DNA of 63,636 nucleotides, filler included, from Collodictyon triciliatum (Eukaryota), in assembly GCA_043381765.1 (NCBI GenBank). It is 7 parts of 7 records of this genome, joined end to end, with 100 filler letters (N's around TTAATTAATTAA, not from the genome) between each part and the next. Parts side by side here need not be neighbours in the genome. Positions count along the whole stretch, not along the records: positions 52,843 to 58,866 come from JBHJMP010002668.1; positions 58,967 to 63,636 come from JBHJMP010002708.1; 5 more parts are not named here. One strand, 5' to 3'. Below the pieces are notes generated by a model. It was not told the origin of the DNA and ran no database searches. It was given only the letters and a program-made list of their open reading frames with translations. The position numbers and the translations under genes were made by a program. Every line of letters starts with the position of its first letter. Position 1 is the first letter of the stretch. Below are positions 57,017 to 63,636 of the stretch, one piece after another.

Positions 57017-58866
57017 NNNNNNNNNNNNNNNNNNNNNNNNNNNNNNNNNNNNNNNNNNNNNNNNNNNNNNNNNNNNNNNNNNNNNNNNNNNNNNNNNNNN
57101 NNNNNNNNNNNNNNNNNNNNNNNNNNNNNNNNNNNNNNNNNNNNNNNNNNNNNNNNNNNNNNNNNNNNNNNNNNNNNNNNNNNNNNNNNNNNNNNNNNNN
57201 NNNNNNNNNNNNNNNNNNNNNNNNNNNNNNNNNNNNNNNNNNNNNNNNNNNNNNNNNNNNNNNNNNNNNNNNNNNNNNNNNNNNNNNNNNNNNNNNNNNN
57301 NNNNNNNNNNNNNNNNNNNNNNNNNNNNNNNNNNNNNNNNNNNNNNNNNNNNNNNNNNNNNNNNNNNNNNNNNNNNNNNNNNNNNNNNNNNNNNNNNNNN
57401 NNNNNNNNNNNNNNNNNNNNNNNNNNNNNNNNNNNNNNNNNNNNNNNNNNNNNNNNNNNAAAAACAACTCCGGGCCCCTAAAGGGGACCCCCCCTCCGTA
57501 TGATTTTTCGGATTTTTAAAATGAACTCCACAATTCCGAATCTTGCTCACTACGCGAATCTTCGGCTGAGCGGACACCTCAGGATTCAATTGCAAACTTC
57601 ACTTTCTCTTTCTAATTTATAGAATTGCAACCCCCTTTTATGTTGTTATTAGCATAATCGCCGCACACATCAAGTAACTCGCCAAGCATATCATATCATA
57701 TATCCCAAACCAAAATACTAAAAAAGATGAAATCAATCGTTTTTGATGAATAATTAAAAAAATATATAAAATGGTCAGTTGAAAAGATTTCATAATGAAA
57801 CGAAATATATTTGAAAAGATAAAAGGCACAAAGACGTATAGTTGATTGAAAAATTTTATTCATACGTAGATATGGAATGGATTATTCATTCTCTATTCCA
57901 TATAAGAGTACAACAGAGATGAGAGAGCATGTATAGGAGAGAATTTAAAAAAAAACAAATTTAAGATAATATTACGAAAAGTTGAATAAAAGAAGCAGAA
58001 TGGTTAAGAAATCACAGAGAACATATCACAAAGTATTGAGTGTGTAGCGCATATAATAACATATCAGTATTAAGCATGGAGCATAGACCATGGAGCTAAA
58101 CCATGGAGCATGTAACACATGTCATAGAAAAAAATGCAAGGATCAGAGAGTAAAGATAATGGACTCTTCTTTTATTTGATTTGATGTTTATTTATTAATA
58201 TTCTATACAGTCTGGAGAACTTGTCAAGACCCGGTCAAAGGCAGTTGTGCGTTTTGGATAAACATAGAGATCATCTTGATATGGAAGCTGAGCTTATTGC
58301 TCATACAAATCCATCCATGTATATTGAGGAAAGGCTCGACTTGCACCTTGCTTTTTTGGATGCTAGTTCTGAATGGAAAGAAATGATCAGTGAGCTTTCA
58401 TATAGTTTTGGTTATGGATGAAAATGAGGGGATAAGAAAAAAATGTATTGAATAATAAAGAGCATACCAAAATGACAGTGCAAACAACAAAAGAAAATTA
58501 TAAGAGCATGAACAAGGCATATATATTGAAAAGTAGAGAAATAGAAGCACAAAGAAAAGATAAAAGAAAATGATCTATAAAAAATCATGTGTGTAAATTG
58601 TGAAACCAAACGACGAAAAATAAAAATTAAAAGGCGATAGAAGGTTAAGAAGGAGAGAAAATACTTCAACGAGCACATAGAAAAGAAGAAAAAGAAGACG
58701 GATCCGTAGAGAGAATAAAAATATAAAAACGAGAAACAAGATAACGAGCTACGAGAAACGAGATGCAAAAAACAAAAAACAAAAAACAAAAAACAAAAAA
58801 CAAAAAACAAAAAACAAAAAACAAAAAACAAAAAACAAAAAACAAAAAACAAAAAACAAAAAACAA

Positions 58867-58966
58867 NNNNNNNNNNNNNNNNNNNNNNNNNNNNNNNNNN
58901 NNNNNNNNNNTTAATTAATTAANNNNNNNNNNNNNNNNNNNNNNNNNNNNNNNNNNNNNNNNNNNN
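58867..58966. other. Artificial contig spacer
   Basis: 44 N + TTAATTAATTAA + 44 N. Confidence 0.97.
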
Positions 58967-59074
58967 ATAAAAACCTATAAAAACCTATAAAAACCTATAA
59001 AAACCTATAAAAACCTATAAAAACCTATAAAAACCTATAAAAACCTATAAAAACCTATAAAAACCTATAAAACC
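58967..59074. repeat. (AAACCTATAA)n 10-bp tandem repeat
   Basis: About 10 perfect copies at contig start. Confidence 0.92.
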
Positions 59075-59212
59075 AACAAAACCAATAAAGCCAAAAAGCC
59101 ACAAAGCAAAAAAGCAAAAACTGAAAAGTGACACTTCCTGAGGAAAAGAAAAAGAAAGTCAAGTTTAAGGACTTCCTCCACGCACTTAATCTCATCGCCC
59201 AGCGACACAAGA

Positions 59213-61744
59213 ATGTCAGCCGACGACTCGTCCGCGGCCCGGCAGATTCCTCTCATGTGTTCGGGGCATTCCCGCCCTGTGCCGTACCTCTGCTATTCTC
59301 CAGTCACGGTCGACGGAGTCTTCATCATGAGCGCGTGCCTTGGTAGGTTCTGTGCCCCCAGCTGGGGAGCCGCTTCAAAGTATTCCCACAGCCTCGTTTG
59401 TTTTCTCTTTTCTTTTTCTTCTCTTTTTCTTCTCTTTTTCTTCTCTTTTTCTTTTTCTCTTTCCTTTCCATTTATTTGGGAGTCCTTTTTGTTGACTTCA
59501 TCGCTCTTCTGCTTTCTGCTTTCTGGTCTTTGCAGACTCCAAAGCGATGCTCCGAAACGCAGACACGGGAGACTGGGTCGGCACTTTCGTCGGACACAAA
59601 GGAGCTGTTTGGGGCGCCTCTTTGGATGCAAAAGCTTTGGTGGCAGCCACGGGGTCGGCTGACTTTTCTGCGTAAGGCTACACACCCATTCAGCAACACT
59701 GGTTTAATGAACCTTTTTTTTTTCAAGCATCGTTCTAATTTAATTAACTTCATTTAACATCACTTCATTTTATTTCATTGGGAATAATATTTATATTATT
59801 TTTTGTCTATTCCGATATATTTACACCTTTTGCTCTAATACCGTGATTTTCTTTTCCTCTTCATAATGGTACATTTGCATGGCCGTTGCATCCCGCACAG
59901 AAAGCTCTGGGACGCTGCAAGTGGGGATGAAATTGAAACTTTCAATCACAAACACATCGTGAAGAGCGTTGCTCTTTCTAAAGTATAATTACGCAGCAGT
60001 GGAAAACACACAAAATAACTGGAAAAAAACTTTAAAACACTACCACTTTTTTTTTATTGAGTTAGAAAAATTCACTGGTTCTAATACAACCATTATTTAT
60101 TTCATTTCGATTGACAAATAACAATACCGTATATCTCCACTCCATCACAAGCTTATTTGATTACAAAAAAAGTTCTTTTATTTTTTGCCGTGATTGTCCG
60201 ATGGGAACAATGTTGACAAAAATCGCTTTAAAAGAAAAATTAAATAAAAATCGAAATATCAGTATCAAAGATGAATCTCACCCAGAGCTTTGCATTAGGA
60301 TGGGAAACATCTACTTACGGGTGGTAATGAGAAGATTATGCGACTTTTTGATGTAAAGAACCCGGCCACTCCAATAACTAGCTTTGAAGGACATACAGAT
60401 GTGAGTATTGTTATCGTTCACAGGCGACGGTTCTATGTTTCGATACGCATGGTCTTTTTTTGCTTTATCCCAGCAAGAATGCAATTTTTAATACTCATTT
60501 AAAGGTTTTGTATGCTTATGAATGAAAATAATTTCCCACCTATTTCACGCGACGTTTGCAACAGGCAATCAAGTCCGTTTTGTGGAAAAATGAGAGCACA
60601 GTTCTCTCTATCTCTGCAGAAACTGAATTTCGGTATTTATATATATATCAGATAACGCGATACATTCTGATTAGAATTGCAATAGAAACAAATCGATAGA
60701 GAAGCAGTTTTACTTTAAACACTGAATTTCTTTTCTTAGCAGCACTGCAACTATGCACCTTCATACTTTTTCAACTTGATGTGAATCTAACCTTGCTTAC
60801 TGTGGTTCACTCTACAATTTTATCCAGGGTGTGGGATGTTCGGTCAGGCACTCAGGTAAAAACATCGAAAGTGAACGACCCGATTTGCGGGGCTGAGGTG
60901 ACATGGAATGAAGAGTATATCATCGTTTCGGCTGGAAAGCAAATCAGTTTGTGGAGCGCGGACCAGTAAGTCTTGAAAGATATAGATGAAGAAAAGAGAA
61001 TGAATGATAAAATCAATTAGCGTGAATGCGAATTTTGAAAAGAGAAGAAACGTAAGATAACGAACCCGTCTGGAAGGAGCGAAGCTTTTTCTAGATTTCA
61101 GACATAATTGGATTAGCTAAATCACAGACTTTCATGGGTTTTTAAAGTTATCAAGAACAAAGAGAAATACAAGGAATGGGACTAAGTGGCGGAATTCCAA
61201 ACAGGTTCGAGCTTGTAAAGACGATTCGAGTGCCATTCAGCGTTGAATCTGCCAGTCTGCACCCGGACGGTCATCGCATCGTTGCCGGTGGTTCAGATTT
61301 CTATGCCCACGTGATAGACGTCAACACGGGGTCTATCTTGGGTCGGTCAGATGCTTTAGACTCTATCGAGGGCTTTTCCGTTCTTTGAAATGGAATATTA
61401 TTACTGATGGATGATTTTTTTTCACTTGGTGGTGTTGATGTTGTACTATGCTTTGATGTTGTATTTATTTAACGATTATTTGTGCGCACTACAACAACAT
61501 GCTTTCCGCCACCACAAATGCAGCTGATGGGTTTATCGGTACGCAAAGTGCTCACGCTTGCTACTTCATCCCCGCAGAGACACACAAAGGACACCACGGC
61601 CCCATCCACTCCATCCGCTTCCATCCGCTCGGGCACTCGTACGCAAGCGGCTCGGAGGACGGAACCATACGCATCTGGCAGAACGACATCGCCCTGGCCA
61701 TCGAGAGGCAGAGACACGAGCAGAGCGAGCAGGCGCCGCAGTAA
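59213..61744 (+). CDS. STRAP: STRAP/UNRIP WD40 protein (8 exons)
   Basis: [13 protein letters not shown]..., [94 protein letters not shown]. Confidence 0.95.
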
Positions 61745-61789
61745 CGGCCCCGGTGTTGACAAATAAAAAAATAAATAAATAATGCATAA

Positions 61790-62057
61790 TTAATCATCAA
61801 TCATCAATCATCAACCATCAACCATGAACCATCAACCATCAATCATCAATCATCAACCATCAATCATCAATCATCAATCATCAATCATCTATCATCTATC
61901 ATCTATCATCAATCATCAATCATCAATCATCAATCATCAATCATCAATCATCAATCACCAATCACCAATCACCAACCACCAATCACCAATCACCAATCAT
62001 CAATCATCAATCACCAATCACCAATCATCAATCATCAACCATCAATCAACCAATCAT
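61790..62057. repeat. (AATCATC/AACCATC/AATCACC)n heptamer satellite
   Basis: Degenerate heptamer array downstream of STRAP. Confidence 0.9.
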
Positions 62058-62713
62058 TTATCTCGCAAAAGGATTCAAAGCCGGATGACGGACACATACC
62101 ATTTATGCACTATACCAATATTGGACAGAATGAAATATCTATTTATGGAGACCGGTTCTTACAAAATTGGCATGACTGANNNNNNNNNNNNNNNNNNNNN
62201 NNNNNNNNNNNNNNNNNNNNNNNNNNNNNNNNNNNNNNNNNNNNNNNNNNNNNNNNNNNNNNNNNNNNNNNNNNNNNNNNNNNNNNNNNNNNNNNNNNNN
62301 NNNNNNNNNNNNNNNNNNNNNNNNNNNNNNNNNNNNNNNNNNNNNNNNNNNNNNNNNNNNNNNNNNNNNNNNNNNNNNNNNNNNNNNNNNNNNNNNNNNN
62401 NNNNNNNNNNNNNNNNNNNNNNNNNNNNNNNNNNNNNNNNNNNNNNNNNNNNNNNNNNNNNNNNNNNNNNNNNNNNNNNNNNNNNNNNNNNNNNNNNNNN
62501 NNNNNNNNNNNNNNNNNNNNNNNNNNNNNNNNNNAATAAAAAACAAATAAAAAACAAATAAAAAACAAATAAAAAACAAATAAAAAACAAATAAAAAACA
62601 AATAAAAAACAAATAAAAAACAAATAAAAAACAGTCAATCAGAACGAGCATTGCGCACCGACCAAAAGGCCGACACCGAAACACACCGACAGAGATACCG
62701 ATACCGCTACACT

Positions 62714-63636
62714 ATGAGCGAGTCACACGCACCTCCACTCCCACAACCCGACACGGTGCAGATAAGCATCCCGGCCAGCAACACAGACAACCTCAGGAAT
62801 AACCACGACACTACGAAAAATGACGGCCAGAGAAACAAAGAAGAAGACAAAGAAGAAGACAAAGACAAAGAAGAAGAAGAAGACTTTGACCCTCTGAGCG
62901 AGCAGCCTACAAACAAAGTTGTGCGCACATTGCACGCAGCAACACACTTTGTGCTGCGGGTGTGTGTCTTTGTGCCGTGCTCCCTCCTCTACTTTGTTGT
63001 CTTTCTTCTGCTGTGGCCCGTGCGCCTGATCGAAACGCAGCTGCACCGCAGACGAGACATCGGGTGGGAACGCATGTTTCTGTTCCGGTTCAACCAGCAG
63101 TGCGCCCGCTTCTTCCTGGGGCTGCTGGGGATCAAAGTGGACGTGCGCGGGTCGTGGCCTCTGCCGTCGGACGGGCCGATGATCATCACGTTCAATCACG
63201 CCTCCGCGCTCGACGGGGTTGTGATTGGCGCGTATCTGCCTCTGCCGCACCTGGTCATTGCAAAGGCCGAGCTGCGCTGGTATCCGGTCATCAACCTTCT
63301 GTTCTACGTGTACGGCACCGTCTTTGTGCCGCGTGCGAAGCGGTCCCAGGCCATCCAAGCCTTGCGGCAGGCCAGCCATCGCATCGCGGCTGATCGTCGC
63401 TGCATCATCATCAGTCCCGAAGGAACGCGCTCGCGCAACGGGCTGCTGCAGGCCTTCAAAAAGGGCCCCTTTTATCTTGCGCGGGAGTCTCGCATCCCCG
63501 TCCTGCCCATTGCAATCCGCGGACTTTACCGCCTTTGTCCCCGCGACTGCCTCTATCCGCGCCCGGGCAGAGTCATTCTTGTCTGCGGTGCGCCCATATC
63601 GTCGAACGGTGCGGGTTTGATATTCTGTTTGCGTAG
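62714..63636 (+). CDS. 1-acyl-sn-glycerol-3-phosphate acyltransferase (PlsC/AGPAT family), open at window end and absent from the ORF track
   Basis: From ATG 62714: acidic N-terminus, TM segment, then FNHASALD, VIAKAEL, GTVFVPR, SPEGTRSRNG, FKKGPF, IPVLPIAIRG. No in-frame stop before 63636. Confidence 0.92.
   Translation, partial: MSESHAPPLPQPDTVQISIPASNTDNLRNNHDTTKNDGQRNKEEDKEEDKDKEEEEDFDPLSEQPTNKVVRTLHAATHFVLRVCVFVPCSLLYFVVFLLLWPVRLIETQLHRRRDIGWERMFLFRFNQQCARFFLGLLGIKVDVRGSWPLPSDGPMIITFNHASALDGVVIGAYLPLPHLVIAKAELRWYPVINLLFYVYGTVFVPRAKRSQAIQALRQASHRIAADRRCIIISPEGTRSRNGLLQAFKKGPFYLARESRIPVLPIAIRGLYRLCPRDCLYPRPGRVILVCGAPISSNGAGLIFCLR

Noticed and set aside
56690-58421. Short exon-like segments near the LINE 5' side
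   Set aside because: They contain in-frame stops, span a gap and show no recognisable motif.
58967-59074. (AAACCTATAA)n as a telomere
   Set aside because: It has no G-run typical of telomeric repeats, and other contig ends carry different microsatellites.
61824-62179. ORF of NHQ(P/S)(S/P)I repeats
   Set aside because: It is a translation of a heptamer satellite downstream of the STRAP stop.

Overview
This is intron-rich, mostly AT-rich eukaryotic (probably protist) DNA, and it is not one locus. Six identical 100-bp spacers (N44-TTAATTAATTAA-N44, stops in all six frames) join seven separate contigs, so adjacency across spacers is uninformative. Recognisable genes are MON2, a SERBP1/Stm1 homologue, ALG13, an LRR-ROC-COR-kinase (Roco) gene, a RING-CH/MARCH E3 ligase, an NBR1-like autophagy receptor, an ABCA transporter, STRAP/UNRIP and a PlsC/AGPAT acyltransferase. 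There is also a decayed L1/Tx1-like LINE with several short 3'-end copies, and many microsatellites. Highlights: (1) a >2,300-aa secreted protein joining an FG-GAP propeller, a Ser/Thr stalk, a TMEM132-like cohesin+Ig core, a second cohesin and a bacterial-type dockerin in one chain; (2) an intronless multipass-membrane + LRR + truncated (2/2) haemoglobin protein with an unusual haem pocket; (3) a Roco gene whose LRRs are mostly encoded one per 69-nt phase-0 exon; (4) 25-36-bp LINE-tail insertions with 16-17-bp target-site duplications; (5) a candidate U12 intron followed by a 9-nt microexon, plus two candidate GC donors. All domain calls come from manual motif recognition; no database searches were run. 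No tRNA, rRNA or CRISPR array was seen.
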